Program-made: the position numbers and the translations under genes
Notes under the pieces: model-generated
The model's input: only the letters and a program-made list of their open reading frames with translations
Told to the model about the DNA's origin: nothing
The model's database searches: none
Source of the DNA: an uncultured Acidobacteriota bacterium
GTDB lineage: Bacteria > Acidobacteriota > UBA6911
Length of the DNA stretch: 64,000 bases
NCBI GenBank assembly: GCA_963843575.1
Contig: CAWJKZ010000016.1
Span: 32,001-96,000 of the forward strand
Direction of reading: 5' to 3'
In this document: in pieces, positions 30,822 through 41,058 of the stretch
How the letters are laid out: every line of letters starts with the position of its first letter
Numbering within the stretch: the stretch's first letter is position 1

Positions 30822-32351
30822 ATGTCTGGCACCCCCCGAGCCCCGCTCGCCATCCTGATGTTGGCCTGTGCGGCCTGCGCCGCCGGCGAAGCCCCCGGCA
30901 CGCGCCCGCCCGCGGTCGCGGGCCAGTTCTACCCGGCCGAGCCCGAGCGCCTGAGGCTGGCGATCGAGCAGTTCATGAAGAGCGCCGTCGCGCCCCTGCC
31001 CGGCGAAAAGCCGGTGGCGCTCGTGGTCCCGCATGCCGGTTACGTGTACTGCGGGCAGATCTGCGCGGACGCCTACCGGCAGGTCGCGGGACAGAACTTC
31101 GACGTGGTCGCGATCCTGGGGACCAACCACACGGCCGGGGGCTTCCGCGGCATCTCCGTCTACGCGCACGGCGCCTTCCGGACCCCGCTCGGAGACGCTT
31201 TGGTCGACGAGGAAGTTGCGGCGCGGCTGCTGGCCGCGGACCGGGACTGCACGTCCGGCGGGCAGCCTCACGTCCGCGAGCACTCGGTCGAGGTGCAGGT
31301 CCCGTTCGTGCAGGCGCTCTTCCCGAAGGCCAGGATCGTACCTGTCGTCGTCGGCGAACCGGACCTCGACATGTGCTCCAAGTTCGGCGGGGCGCTGGCC
31401 GTGTCCCTGAAAGGCCGCCGGGCGCTCGTCGTGGCCAGCTCGGACCTGTCCCACTACCCCGCGTACGACGATGCGGCGAGCGCCGACCGGCAGATCCTGG
31501 AAGCGATGGCAGGCCTGTCCCCGCGCAAGCTCGACGAGGTCGCGCGCGCACTGCGCACCAGCGGGGTGGCGAACCTCGAAGTCGGGGCGTGCGGCGAGGC
31601 GCCTGTCCTTGCGGCGATGAGCGCCGCGAAGGCGCTGGGCGCCCGCCGCGGCGTCGTGCTGAGCTACGCCAACTCGGGGGATACGCTCCTGGGCGACCGC
31701 TCCCGCGTGGTTGGCTATGGCGCCGTCCTGTACAGCGCCAACGAGGGCGGCCCGGACGTGCGCATCCTGAAACCCGCGCCGCCCCCGGCGGCCCAACCCG
31801 GCCCCCTGCCCGAATCGGATCGCAGGGCGCTCCTCGTTTTTGCCCGCGAGGCCATCCGGCGCTACCTCACCACCCAGACGCTCCCGCTCGCCCGGGGCTT
31901 CAGCCCGACCCTGTCGTGCCCCCGGGGTGCCTTCGTGACCCTGAAGAAAGGCGGGGTGTTGCGCGGCTGCATCGGCCACATCCCGCCGGAAACCCCGCTG
32001 GCCCAGACCGTCGGGGCCATGGCCGCGCAGGCGGCCTTCAACGACCCGAGGTTCCCGCCGCTCACCGCGGGCGAGTTCGCCCAGATCCAGATCGAGATCT
32101 CCGCCCTGACGCCTCCGCACCCGATCCGCGACCCCGACGAGATCGAGCTCGGCCGCGACGGAGTGATCCTGTCCAAAGAGGGGAAATCGGCGGTTTTCCT
32201 CCCCCAGGTCGCCACCGAGAACAAGTGGGGGCTCGACGAGATGCTCGACAACCTCTGCCGCAAGGCCGGCCTGCGGCCGGGGAGCTGGATGCAGGGCGCC
32301 CGCTTCTCCGTGTTCCAGGCGGAGGTTTTCAGCGAAGCGGACCTCCCGTGA
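30822..32351 (+). CDS. amrB: AmmeMemoRadiSam system protein B (Memo) fused to protein A (AMMECR1), with N-terminal signal peptide
   Basis: RPPAVAGQFYP, PHAGYVYCG, GTNH, EHSVEVQVPF, ASSDLSHY, ACG, YANSGD, VVGY (Memo); GAFVTL..LRGCIG, DPRFPPL, IEISALT, GRDGVI, FLPQVA, LCRKAG (AMMECR1). Confidence 0.92.
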   Translation: MSGTPRAPLAILMLACAACAAGEAPGTRPPAVAGQFYPAEPERLRLAIEQFMKSAVAPLPGEKPVALVVPHAGYVYCGQICADAYRQVAGQNFDVVAILGTNHTAGGFRGISVYAHGAFRTPLGDALVDEEVAARLLAADRDCTSGGQPHVREHSVEVQVPFVQALFPKARIVPVVVGEPDLDMCSKFGGALAVSLKGRRALVVASSDLSHYPAYDDAASADRQILEAMAGLSPRKLDEVARALRTSGVANLEVGACGEAPVLAAMSAAKALGARRGVVLSYANSGDTLLGDRSRVVGYGAVLYSANEGGPDVRILKPAPPPAAQPGPLPESDRRALLVFAREAIRRYLTTQTLPLARGFSPTLSCPRGAFVTLKKGGVLRGCIGHIPPETPLAQTVGAMAAQAAFNDPRFPPLTAGEFAQIQIEISALTPPHPIRDPDEIELGRDGVILSKEGKSAVFLPQVATENKWGLDEMLDNLCRKAGLRPGSWMQGARFSVFQAEVFSEADLP

Positions 32352-32392
32352 ATTTTGGAAGCCGTGCAAGTTGACCTGCACGGCCCACGCCC

Positions 32393-32608
32393 AAAACATG
32401 TGGGTCCGGGCTTCAGCCCGGACGCAGTTTGCGGTCGCTGTTGAGTGCAGACTTCATCACATTGGGCAGATCAAAAGATGTCCGGGCTGAAGCCCGGACC
32501 CACTTGTTTTACGGGCAGGGCGGGTGGTTTAACCGTTGGATGGCCTCTTCAATGCAGGCTTCATTACCTACGGCAGATCAAAAGGCGTCCGGGCTGAAGC
32601 CCGGGCCC
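32393..32608. repeat. REP family 1 cluster (GTGG-GTCCGGGC-TTCA-GCCCGGAC): inverted doublet plus third copy
   Basis: Copies at 32393-32423 (+), 32480-32510 (-) and 32587-32608 (-); degenerate IS-like end TTAACCGTTGGATGGCCTC at 32529-32547. Confidence 0.85.
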
Positions 32609-34774
32609 GCGAGCTTTGCGTTCGCGGTTGGCCTGGTCTCGATCCTCGCGCAGGTCGTGATCCTGCGCGAACTGAGCGTCGCTCTCTACGGCGTCGAACT
32701 AATCTACGTCCTCGCCCTCGGCGCGTGGCTCCTCGCGTCGGCCTCCGGTGCGCTGCTCGGCCGCTCCGTCCCGCGTGCGGCCGGGCGCCCGCTTTTGCCC
32801 GCCACTTTCGTCCTGCTCGCCGCGGCACTGCCGGCCGACATTGCCCTGGCGCGCTCGGTGCGCCTCATGTTCTCCGGGGTGCCGGGAGCCTTCCTTCCTT
32901 TTGCGGCGCAGCTGGCCGCGCTGGCTCTCGTCGTGTTTCCTGTGGCCCTTCCTCTCGGGGCCCTGTTCCAGTGGGCCGCGGCGGCAGGCATCTCCGGCGG
33001 CGGCACGCTGGCGCGCGCGTATGCGGTGGAGAGCCTCGGGGGCGTGTGCGGCGGCCTGCTCGCCACCGTGCTCCTCGCCCTGGGGGCGGGCAACCTGGCG
33101 TCGGCCCTGGTGTGCGCCCTGCTGTCGGTGGCGGCGGGCCAAATCCACCTCCCGGGGAACCGTTTGAGGCTCGGCTGGCCCAATCCCGTTTCGATGGCGG
33201 TGGCGGGCGTGCTTGCCCTGGGGCTGTGGTTCTCGGACGCGCTGGACTTCCGCAGCACGGCCTGGACCCACCCGAACCTGGTGGAGATCCGCGACTCGCC
33301 TTACGGCCGCGTCACCGTCGAGCAGCTCGGGGGCGAGTTGTCGGTGTTTGAGAACGACGCGCTCTCGTTCAACACCGAGGGGACGGAGGCCGAGGAGTTC
33401 GTCCAGCTCGCCGCCCTGCAGCACCCGGCGCCCGAATCCGTCCTCATCCTCGGCGGGGGTATTGAAGGCCTCGTGCGCGAGATCCTGTCACACCGGCCCC
33501 GGAGGGTGGTGGACGTGGAGCTGAACCCGGTCCTGGAGCGAGTCGTGCGGTCGAGGCTCCCGTCAGGGCTTCGCAAGGCCGAACTCGACCCCGCGGTGGA
33601 GTTCAGGCTCGAGGATCCGCGCGCCTACCTGCGGCACGAGGGGCCGCCCTTCGACCTCATCCTGGTCGGCATGCCCGAGCCCTCCTCCGGGCAGGCAAAC
33701 CGTTTCTACACGCGCGAGTTCTTCGCGCAGTGCCGCGCCCGCATGACCCCGGAAGGCGTGCTCGCCCTCCGGCTGGCTTCGTCCGAGAACCTCTGGACAC
33801 CGCAGATCGCGCAGCGGGCCGGCAGCATCCACGGCGCCCTGCGCTCCGTCTTCCGGGACGTGGTCGTGGTCCCGGGATCGACGAACGTCCTGGCGGCTTC
33901 CATGACCGCGCTCTGCCGCGATCCGGAGGTCCTCGCCGCCCGGCTCGCCGAGCGCAGGCTGTCGCTGCGGCTCGTTTCTCCCCCCTACCTCCGCTACGTG
34001 TTCACCAACGACCGCTTCGGCGAGGTCGCCGGCCTCCTGGAGCAAAGCTCCGCCCCGGTCAACAGCGATGCCCGACCGGTCTGCTATCAGTACACGGCCA
34101 TGATCTGGTTGTCGAAGTTCTTCCCGAGCTTCGCCGCCATGCAAGCGCGCGGTTTCCCCCCCTGGTGGTCGGCGGTGCTCTGGTCGGCGGGCGTCCTGGC
34201 GCTCGCGGGCCTCGTGGCAGCCTCCCGCAGGCCCCGGGCCCGGCGGCTGCTGCTCGTCGGCTCTGCCGGGCTGGCCGGTACGGTGCTCGAGACGGTGCTC
34301 ATGCTGCGCTACCAGGTCACCAGCGGGGTGCTCTACCAGAACCTCGGTGTCCTGCTGATGAGCTTCATGGCGGGACTCTGGGCGGGTGCGGCGGCGGTCG
34401 ACACGCCCCTGGCCCGCGCCGCCGGCCGGGACGCGTGGCGGGCGCTGCTGAGCCTCTCGGCCCTTCTGCTGCCGGCGCTGGTCTGGTGGCAGATCCACGC
34501 CGGGGTGGAGGCCGGGCTCGTCGCCATCGGCGCCGAGCTCGCGGCCTCCGGCTTTCTCGTGGCCGGCTTCTTCGCCTACGCGAGCCTGGAGCAGGGTGTC
34601 GACCAGGCCGAGCTGGCCGCGCCGCTGTATGCCGCGGACCTCGCCGGCGGATGCCTCGGCACCCTGGCGGCCAGCCTGGTGATGATCCCCGTCCTCGGCC
34701 TCGCCCAGACCGCCGCCTGGCTCGCCGGCTTGGCCGTTCTCATGTCGCTCTGGACGCGCAGGCTCTCGAGATAA
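32552..34774 (+). CDS. Polytopic membrane protein with spermidine-synthase-like SAM-binding domain (fused MFS/spermidine synthase type)
   Basis: About 7 N-terminal TM helices (QVVILREL..YGVEL, AYAVESLGG), then DSPYGRV, VLILGGGIEG, VDVELNP, DPRAYL, NRFYTREFF, VNSDARP, then about 6 TM helices (LYAADLAGG). Start uncertain (32540 or 32552). Confidence 0.8.
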   Translation: MQASLPTADQKASGLKPGPASFAFAVGLVSILAQVVILRELSVALYGVELIYVLALGAWLLASASGALLGRSVPRAAGRPLLPATFVLLAAALPADIALARSVRLMFSGVPGAFLPFAAQLAALALVVFPVALPLGALFQWAAAAGISGGGTLARAYAVESLGGVCGGLLATVLLALGAGNLASALVCALLSVAAGQIHLPGNRLRLGWPNPVSMAVAGVLALGLWFSDALDFRSTAWTHPNLVEIRDSPYGRVTVEQLGGELSVFENDALSFNTEGTEAEEFVQLAALQHPAPESVLILGGGIEGLVREILSHRPRRVVDVELNPVLERVVRSRLPSGLRKAELDPAVEFRLEDPRAYLRHEGPPFDLILVGMPEPSSGQANRFYTREFFAQCRARMTPEGVLALRLASSENLWTPQIAQRAGSIHGALRSVFRDVVVVPGSTNVLAASMTALCRDPEVLAARLAERRLSLRLVSPPYLRYVFTNDRFGEVAGLLEQSSAPVNSDARPVCYQYTAMIWLSKFFPSFAAMQARGFPPWWSAVLWSAGVLALAGLVAASRRPRARRLLLVGSAGLAGTVLETVLMLRYQVTSGVLYQNLGVLLMSFMAGLWAGAAAVDTPLARAAGRDAWRALLSLSALLLPALVWWQIHAGVEAGLVAIGAELAASGFLVAGFFAYASLEQGVDQAELAAPLYAADLAGGCLGTLAASLVMIPVLGLAQTAAWLAGLAVLMSLWTRRLSR

Positions 34775-34779
34775 GCCGT

Positions 34780-34958
34780 AAAACAAGTGGGTCCGGGCTT
34801 CAGCCCGGACGTCTTTTGATCTGATCTATGTGGCGCCGGGCGCACGTTACAGCGGCCGCAAACTGCGTCCGGGCTGAAAGCCCGGACCCACGTGTGTCTT
34901 GTTTGGATCGGGCAGATCAACCGTTGGACAGCCTCTCGAACCCGGACCCACTTGTTTT
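34780..34958. repeat. REP family 1 cluster: inverted doublet plus half-REP joined to an IS-like end
   Basis: REPs at 34780-34810 and 34867-34891; TCAACCGTTGGACAGCCTC (34917-34935) abuts TCGAACCCGGACCCACTTGTTTT. Confidence 0.85.
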
Positions 34959-34986
34959 ACGTTCCGGTGATGTAATCTTATCCGTT

Positions 34987-35715
34987 ATGCCGATTCTGTT
35001 CGCGGAGGGGTTGAGCAAGACCTACACGACGGGCGAGGCGGTTGTCGAAGCGGTTCGGGGTGTCGACTTGTCGCTCGACCCCGGGGACTTCGCGGCCGTC
35101 ATGGGTCCGTCGGGTTGCGGAAAATCCACGCTCCTGCACCTGTGCGGGGCCATGGACCGGCCCAGCGCGGGCCGACTCGAGCTCGACGGCACGCCTGTAG
35201 CGGGACTGGATGAGGAGTCCCTGACGGCGCTGCGGCGGCGCCGGGTCGGTTTCGTCTTTCAGTTTTTCAACCTCCTCCCAACCCTGACGGTGGGCGAAAA
35301 CATCGGGCTGCCCCTGCTGCTGGCCGGCGCGCCGCCGGCCCTGGCGGACGGGCGGGCCGCGCGGGTCGCCGAGCTGGTCGGCCTGGGCCACCGGCTGCGA
35401 CACTTCCCCCAGCAGCTCTCCGGGGGCGAGATGCAGCGGGCGGCGGTCGCGCGGGCGATCGTACACGAACCTGCCCTGGTCGTCGCGGACGAGCCGACCG
35501 GCAACCTGGACTCCGAGAACGGCGCTCGCGTGCTTGATCTCCTGGTGCGGCTGAACGCGGAGACGGCCGTGACGATCCTGCTGGCCACGCACGACCCTGC
35601 GATCGCCGCGGCCGCCCACCGGGTCCTGCGGATGAAGGACGGGCGCATCGAGAGCGTCGAGGAGCGGAGCGTCCTGCCGGCGGGGAGGCGGATCACACCC
35701 GTTGCGCCTCTTTAG
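34987..35715 (+). CDS. ABC transporter ATP-binding protein (LolD/MacB type)
   Basis: [39 protein letters not shown]; probable ATG 34987. Confidence 0.92.
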   Translation: MPILFAEGLSKTYTTGEAVVEAVRGVDLSLDPGDFAAVMGPSGCGKSTLLHLCGAMDRPSAGRLELDGTPVAGLDEESLTALRRRRVGFVFQFFNLLPTLTVGENIGLPLLLAGAPPALADGRAARVAELVGLGHRLRHFPQQLSGGEMQRAAVARAIVHEPALVVADEPTGNLDSENGARVLDLLVRLNAETAVTILLATHDPAIAAAAHRVLRMKDGRIESVEERSVLPAGRRITPVAPL

Positions 35716-38272
35716 GCTGTTCATCCTGAGGCACCTCGGCAGAGAGCGGGCGCGTTCGGTCAGCGCCGTGTTCGGGTTTGCCCTGGGGATCGCCGTCATC
35801 GTCGCAATCCGGATGGCCAACGCCAGCTCGCTGCGCGGCTTCGAGTCGGCGCTCGACCTCATCTCAGGCAAGACCTCTCTCGAAATCTCGGCGCCCGGCG
35901 GCGTGGACGAGACGCGGATACCGGAACTCTCCTGGCTGGGTGACTATGGGACCGTGAGCCCGGTGGTGGAGGCAGACGCCCGGGTGCGTGCGGCCTCGGG
36001 CGGCGAAGTCGTGCGCGTCCTCGGGGTCGACATCCTCAGGGACAGGACGCTGCGCGACTATCGCCTGCTCGACTTCGGGGGAGGGCGGCAGCCCGACAGC
36101 CGCGAGTTCCTGGAGCTGCTCGTCGACCCGCATTCCATTATTCTGACGGCGCGATTCGCGGCGCGTTTCGGGCTCGCGGCGGGCCAGGAGGTGGAGATCA
36201 CGGCCGGCGACCGCGCGCAGAGGTTCACGGTCCGCGGCCTGCTGCGGGACACCGGGCCGGCCCAGGCGCTCGACGGCAACGTCGCCCTGATGGACGTCGC
36301 CGCCGCCCAGTGGGTGTTCGCGTCGCTCGGGCGGCTGACCCGGATCGACGTGCGCCTCAAGGACGGGATCGGCGTCGAGGAGGCGGAGCGGCGGATCGCC
36401 CCGCGGCTGCCGGCCGGGATGTCGGCAGACCGCCCCGCCCGCCGCGGGCGCGAGGTCGAAAAGATGCTGGCGGCCTTTCACTTCAACCTCTCCGCGCTCT
36501 CGTACGTTTCCCTGCTGGTCGGCCTGTTCATGATCTACAACACGGTTTCGGTCTCGGTGGCGGCGCGCCGCCAGGAGATCGGCAGCCTGAGGGCCCTCGG
36601 CGCCAGCCGCCGCACCGTGCTGCGCCTCTTTCTGGGCGAAGCGGCCGTTCTGGCCGTGGCCGGGTGCGGTCTCGGACTGCTGATTGCGCCGTACCTCGCG
36701 CGCGGCGCCGTCGCGCTCACCTCCACGACCGTCTCGGTTCTGTACCGCGGGGTGGTGTCGCCGCCGCCGGGGCTCGGCCCCTGGGACGCGGTCCTGGCCT
36801 TTTCCGTCGGCCTCCCGCTCGCGCTCTTCTCGGCGTCGGTCCCGGCGCTGGAGGCAGCCCGGGTCCCCCCGGCCGACTCTGTCCGGGGCGCCGACAGGCT
36901 CGAGACGCGACACCGCCTGCGGCTGCGCCACCTGTCCGTTCCGGCGCTGCTGCTGCTGGCCGGGTGGGAGCTGGCGCGACTGGGGCCGGTCGGCGGGCTG
37001 CCGGTCTTCGGCTTCTTCTCGGCGCTCTTTATCGTGTTTGGCGGCGCCGCCCTGACGCCGCTCGTCCTGTTCCTGCTCGCGCGGGCGGGCCGCCGGCCGC
37101 TGACGCGCCTCCTGAAGGTCGAGGGGATGCTCGCCCACGCCAACCTCTCCGGTTCCGTCCCCCGCCTGTCGGTGTCGGTGGCGGCACTCTCGCTGAGCCT
37201 TTCGATGATGGTCGCGATCGCCGTCATGGTGGGGAGTTTCCGGGAGACGGTGATTTACTGGGTGGGGCAGACGCTGCGGGCGGACCTCTACCTCGGCCCC
37301 GCGCTGCACGGAGCGGGCCGCCCGGCCGCGCTCTCCCCGGAAGTCGTGCGGACGGCCGCCGCGGACCCGGCGGTCGAGGCCGTCGACCCCTTTCGGCGCG
37401 AGGACGCTCCCTTCGCCGGCGGCACCGTCACGCTCGGCTGCAGCGACTTCGGCGTGCTCCTGGCGCGGGGGGGCCTCCTGTTCAAGAGCCCGCGCGACGG
37501 CCGCCGCGCCGCGCTCGCAGCCGCCGGCCACGAGGGTGTGGTCGTCTCCGAGAGTTTCTCCCTCAGGCACGGCTACGCCGACGGAGACTGGGTCGAGCTG
37601 CCGGCCCCCCGGGGGCGCGTCCGGCTCCGGATCGCCGCCGTATACTACGACTACTCGAGCGACCGCGGCGTCGTCCTGATGGACCGGAGCACCTGGTTGC
37701 GCCACTTCGGCGACGCCTCGCCCACGGGGATGGGGCTCTACCTGAAGGCGGGTTCCGACCCGGCGGCGGCGCGCTCGCGCATCCTCGGCGCCCTCGGCGA
37801 CAACCACCGCGTCTTCCTCAACACCAACGAGTCGCTCCGCCGCGAGGTGCTGCGCATCTTCGACAGCACGTTCGCGGTGACCTGGGCCCTGGAGGCCATC
37901 GCCATCTTCGTCGCGATCCTCGGGGTCTCCTCCACGCTCCTCACCCTGACCTACGAGCGGCGGCGGGACGTCGCCATGCTCCGGCTGATCGGCGCCGGCA
38001 GGCGGCAGATCACCAGAATGATCGTGACCGAGGCGGGCCTCCTCGGGGCCGCGAGCCAGGCCGTCGGCGTCTCCGTCGGGCTGCTGCTGTCGCTGCTGCT
38101 GATCTATGTCGTCAACGTGCAAAGCTTCGGCTGGACGATCCAGTTCCACCTGCCGCGCGCCTTCCTGATGCAGATGACGGCCGGGATCCTCGCGGCGACC
38201 GCCCTGGCTGGCCTCTACCCCGCGCGCCGCGCCTGCGGGTTCCGGTTGAGCGACCAGGTCGCGGAGGAGTGA
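35702..38272 (+). CDS. FtsX/MacB-like ABC permease (two periplasmic domains)
   Basis: [66 protein letters not shown]. Confidence 0.9.
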   Translation: MRLFRLFILRHLGRERARSVSAVFGFALGIAVIVAIRMANASSLRGFESALDLISGKTSLEISAPGGVDETRIPELSWLGDYGTVSPVVEADARVRAASGGEVVRVLGVDILRDRTLRDYRLLDFGGGRQPDSREFLELLVDPHSIILTARFAARFGLAAGQEVEITAGDRAQRFTVRGLLRDTGPAQALDGNVALMDVAAAQWVFASLGRLTRIDVRLKDGIGVEEAERRIAPRLPAGMSADRPARRGREVEKMLAAFHFNLSALSYVSLLVGLFMIYNTVSVSVAARRQEIGSLRALGASRRTVLRLFLGEAAVLAVAGCGLGLLIAPYLARGAVALTSTTVSVLYRGVVSPPPGLGPWDAVLAFSVGLPLALFSASVPALEAARVPPADSVRGADRLETRHRLRLRHLSVPALLLLAGWELARLGPVGGLPVFGFFSALFIVFGGAALTPLVLFLLARAGRRPLTRLLKVEGMLAHANLSGSVPRLSVSVAALSLSLSMMVAIAVMVGSFRETVIYWVGQTLRADLYLGPALHGAGRPAALSPEVVRTAAADPAVEAVDPFRREDAPFAGGTVTLGCSDFGVLLARGGLLFKSPRDGRRAALAAAGHEGVVVSESFSLRHGYADGDWVELPAPRGRVRLRIAAVYYDYSSDRGVVLMDRSTWLRHFGDASPTGMGLYLKAGSDPAAARSRILGALGDNHRVFLNTNESLRREVLRIFDSTFAVTWALEAIAIFVAILGVSSTLLTLTYERRRDVAMLRLIGAGRRQITRMIVTEAGLLGAASQAVGVSVGLLLSLLLIYVVNVQSFGWTIQFHLPRAFLMQMTAGILAATALAGLYPARRACGFRLSDQVAEE

Positions 38273-38277
38273 GGCCC

Positions 38278-39345
38278 ATGGCCCTTATACGCAACCTGGC
38301 CTGCGCGGCGCTCGCGTGCGCAGCGCTCGCGTCCAGCTTCGACGCCGCGACCTGGCGCCAGGCCCAGCCCGGCTACGCCTTCCAGTTCCCGCTCGACCAC
38401 CGGAGCCACCCCGAGTACAGGATCGAGTGGTGGTACTACACGGGCAACCTTCGCGCCGGGGACGGGCGCCGCTTCGGCTACCAGCTGACCTTTTTCCGCG
38501 TCGGCGTGGATTACAGCCCGGCGAACCCGTCGCGCTGGGCCGTGCGCGACCTGTTCATGGCGCACCTGGCCGTGAGCGACATCGACGGGGGGCGGTTCCG
38601 TTTCTCCGAGCTGCTCAACCGGGCCGGCCCGGGTTGGGCCGGCGCCGATGCGGAAACCTACCGCGTGTGGAACGAGGGCTGGGAGGCGCGGCTCGACCCC
38701 GCAGGCGACCACCGGCTGCGCGCCTCCGCCGACGGCATCGGCGTCGACCTGACGCTTGCTCCGGGCAAACCCCCAGTGCTGCACGGCGAGCGCGGCTACA
38801 GCCGCAAAGGGCCGTCCGCGGGCAATGCGTCGGAATACTACTCTCTGACCAGGATGCCGACCCGCGGCCAGCTGACTGTCGACGGCAGGCAGTTCGACGT
38901 GCAGGGCGCAAGCTGGATGGACCACGAGTTCGGCACCAGCTTTCTCGAAGGCGGCCAGACCGGCTGGGACTGGTTTTCCCTCCAGCTGGAGGACGGCCGC
39001 GACCTGATGCTGTTCCAGCTGCGCCTCGCCGACGGCTCGCGGAGCCCGTACTCGAGCGGGACGCTCGTGGACTCCTCGGGCGGCGCGTCGCCGCTGCGCG
39101 CCGACGAGTTCGAACTCCTGCCCGGCCGTGCCTGGAAATCGCCCGCCAGCGGCTACAGCTACCCGCTCGAGTGGCTCGTGCGGATCCCAGGGAAGAACCT
39201 CCATCTCACGGTCCGCGCCGCGCTCGACGATCAGGAGCTGCGCACCACCCGCTCCACCGGCGTGACCTACTACGAGGGCGCCGTCACCGCCCAGCACGCC
39301 CTCGGCTACCTGGAAATGACCAGGGGACGGACCCCAGGAAACTAA
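38278..39345 (+). CDS. AttH/CrtC-like lipocalin-fold protein (carotenoid 1,2-hydratase family)
   Basis: ATG 38278, signal peptide, [65 protein letters not shown]. The last residues come from a repeat. Confidence 0.85.
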   Translation: MALIRNLACAALACAALASSFDAATWRQAQPGYAFQFPLDHRSHPEYRIEWWYYTGNLRAGDGRRFGYQLTFFRVGVDYSPANPSRWAVRDLFMAHLAVSDIDGGRFRFSELLNRAGPGWAGADAETYRVWNEGWEARLDPAGDHRLRASADGIGVDLTLAPGKPPVLHGERGYSRKGPSAGNASEYYSLTRMPTRGQLTVDGRQFDVQGASWMDHEFGTSFLEGGQTGWDWFSLQLEDGRDLMLFQLRLADGSRSPYSSGTLVDSSGGASPLRADEFELLPGRAWKSPASGYSYPLEWLVRIPGKNLHLTVRAALDDQELRTTRSTGVTYYEGAVTAQHALGYLEMTRGRTPGN

Positions 39346-39430
39346 GCGTTATCGATGCTTAAGCAAGAATGCAGTACGAAAAACGGGCCTTATTTGCGAT
39401 TTTCGACCCCTTTTTTCGGATTAAGCGGCC
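39323..39430 (+). mobile_element. MITE-like family C, left arm
   Basis: GGGGACGGACCCC...GGGCCTTATTTGCGATTTT...TTTTTTCGGATTAAG resembles the arms of 23293-23543. Confidence 0.6.
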
Positions 39431-39437
39431 CAACGGC

Positions 39438-39707
39438 GTCCGGGCTGAAGCCCGGACCCACTTGCTTTGCGTGCAGGGCGGGTGAGTTTGTGGGCGCTGT
39501 CGAGTGAAACTGTCGCTGAGTAGGGCAGACCTAAAGACGTCCGGGCTGAAGAGGCTGTCCAACGGTTGAGGTTCAATCCGGACGAACTGAAGTAATCTGG
39601 CGTGCGGCGCCTCGGCGCTACGCCGAATTGCGAGATGCGACCCTGCGACCTCGGCCTTTGGCGGCGCCGAGCCGCCGCACTTCCACAATCAACCGTTGGA
39701 CGGCGCA
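39438..39707. repeat. Nested repeat cluster: REP-1, half REP-1, then an element with GAGGCTGTCCAACGGTTGA ends containing a REP-2 doublet
   Basis: REP-1 at 39438-39468; GTCCGGGCTGAA|GAGGCTGTCCAACGGTTGA at 39539-39569; REP-2 doublet GTGCGGCGCCTCGGCGC...GGCGCCGAGCCGCCGCAC at 39602-39680; TCAACCGTTGGACGGC at 39689-39704. Confidence 0.8.
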
Positions 39708-39800
39708 GATCTTGTGGGTGCGCTGCGAAACTATTGAATCCGGCTGGGGGCGATCAGGCGTACACTGGCCGGCAGACAGATCCAGCCAGGGGGGGAGAGT

Positions 39801-40971
39801 ATGCTGAACAGACGCGCTTTCCTGGGCACCGCTTTGGGGGCCGGCGCCCTGCGAGCCGCGCCGCGCCTCGCGCGGCGAGCGCCCCGCCGATGAAGATCAC
39901 CGACGTCAAGTTCCTGCGCCTGCGGTATCCGGGCACGACGCCGCGCAAGCGCAACGCGACCATCGCAGCGGCGGCGGAGCGCCCGGCATGGCTCAACTCG
40001 AGGTCTACACGGACGCCGGGATCGTCGGGCGCAGCATACTCTCGGGGAGCGAGGAATTGATCCGGTCGCAACTTCTGCCGCGCATCCTGGGCCTGAATCC
40101 CTTCCACGTAGAGGCAATCTGGGACCGCATGTATCGGTACAACCGGAAGCCGGTGGCGAAGGGCCTCTACATTTCGGCCATGGGCTCGGTGGACCTCGCC
40201 GTATGGGACATCATCGGGAAGGCGCTGAAGCTTCCTGTGTGCGAGGTGCTGGGCGTGTACTCGGAGAAGATCCGGGTCTACGCCGCGGGCGGATACTACG
40301 AGGAGGGGAAGGGCGTAAGGGAACTCGTCGAGGAGATGGAGGGATACGTCCGGGAGGGCTTCCGCGCCGTCAAGATGAAGGTCGGCGGTGAGGCCATGCT
40401 GGCCGACGTGGAGCGGGTGCGGGCGGTGAGGGAAGCTCTCGGGCCGAAGATCGACCTGATGATCGACGCCAATAACCGGTGGAGTGCCTACGACGCGATC
40501 CGCTTCGGACGTATGGTCGAGAAGTACGAACCGTTCTGGTTCGAGGAACCGGTGGAGGCGGACGACTTCGCGGGCTGCGCCGAGGCGAAGCGCACGCTCG
40601 ACATCCCGATCGCCGCCGGGGAAAACGAGTTCACGCGCTGGGGGGCGCGCGACCTGATTCAGGCGCAGGCGGTGGACATCCTGCAGTGCGACACGGTGCT
40701 GGCCGGCGGCATCACCGAGATGCGGAAGATCGCCGCCCTCGCCTCCGCGTTCCACGTCCCCGTGTCGCCGCACGGCAGTCCGCACATGGCCGTGCATCTT
40801 CTGGCCTCGCTGCCGAACGCCATCGTGATGGAAACCTATCCCGCGGTCGAGAGCCGGTACAACCCGGCGCTGCCGCTCTTCCCCGTGAAGGACGGCTACA
40901 TCGACGTGCCCGGCACGCCGGGTCTGGGAATAGACCCGGATCCCGAGCTCGTCAGGAAGTACCGCGTCTGA
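39801..40971 (+). CDS. Mandelate racemase/enolase superfamily enzyme with Tat signal; two 5' frameshifts
   Basis: ATG 39801 gives MLNRRAFLGTALGAGAL; then MKITDVK; then VDLAVWDIIGK, AVKMKVG, LMIDAN, WFEEP, IAAGEN, QCD, VSPH, PGTPGLG. Confidence 0.85.
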
Positions 40972-41058
40972 GCCGTTCAACCGGGGGGCGAGGGCCGTCC
41001 GTTCCTACGTCTCGGCGCGATTCCCTCGCGGCCGTTCCTGCGTTACACTTCCGTCGCG

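Noticed and set aside
36310-39345. 1011-aa ORF
   Set aside because: Only 38278-39345 (AttH-like) is protein-like; the rest is an off-frame GC-rich shadow of the permease.
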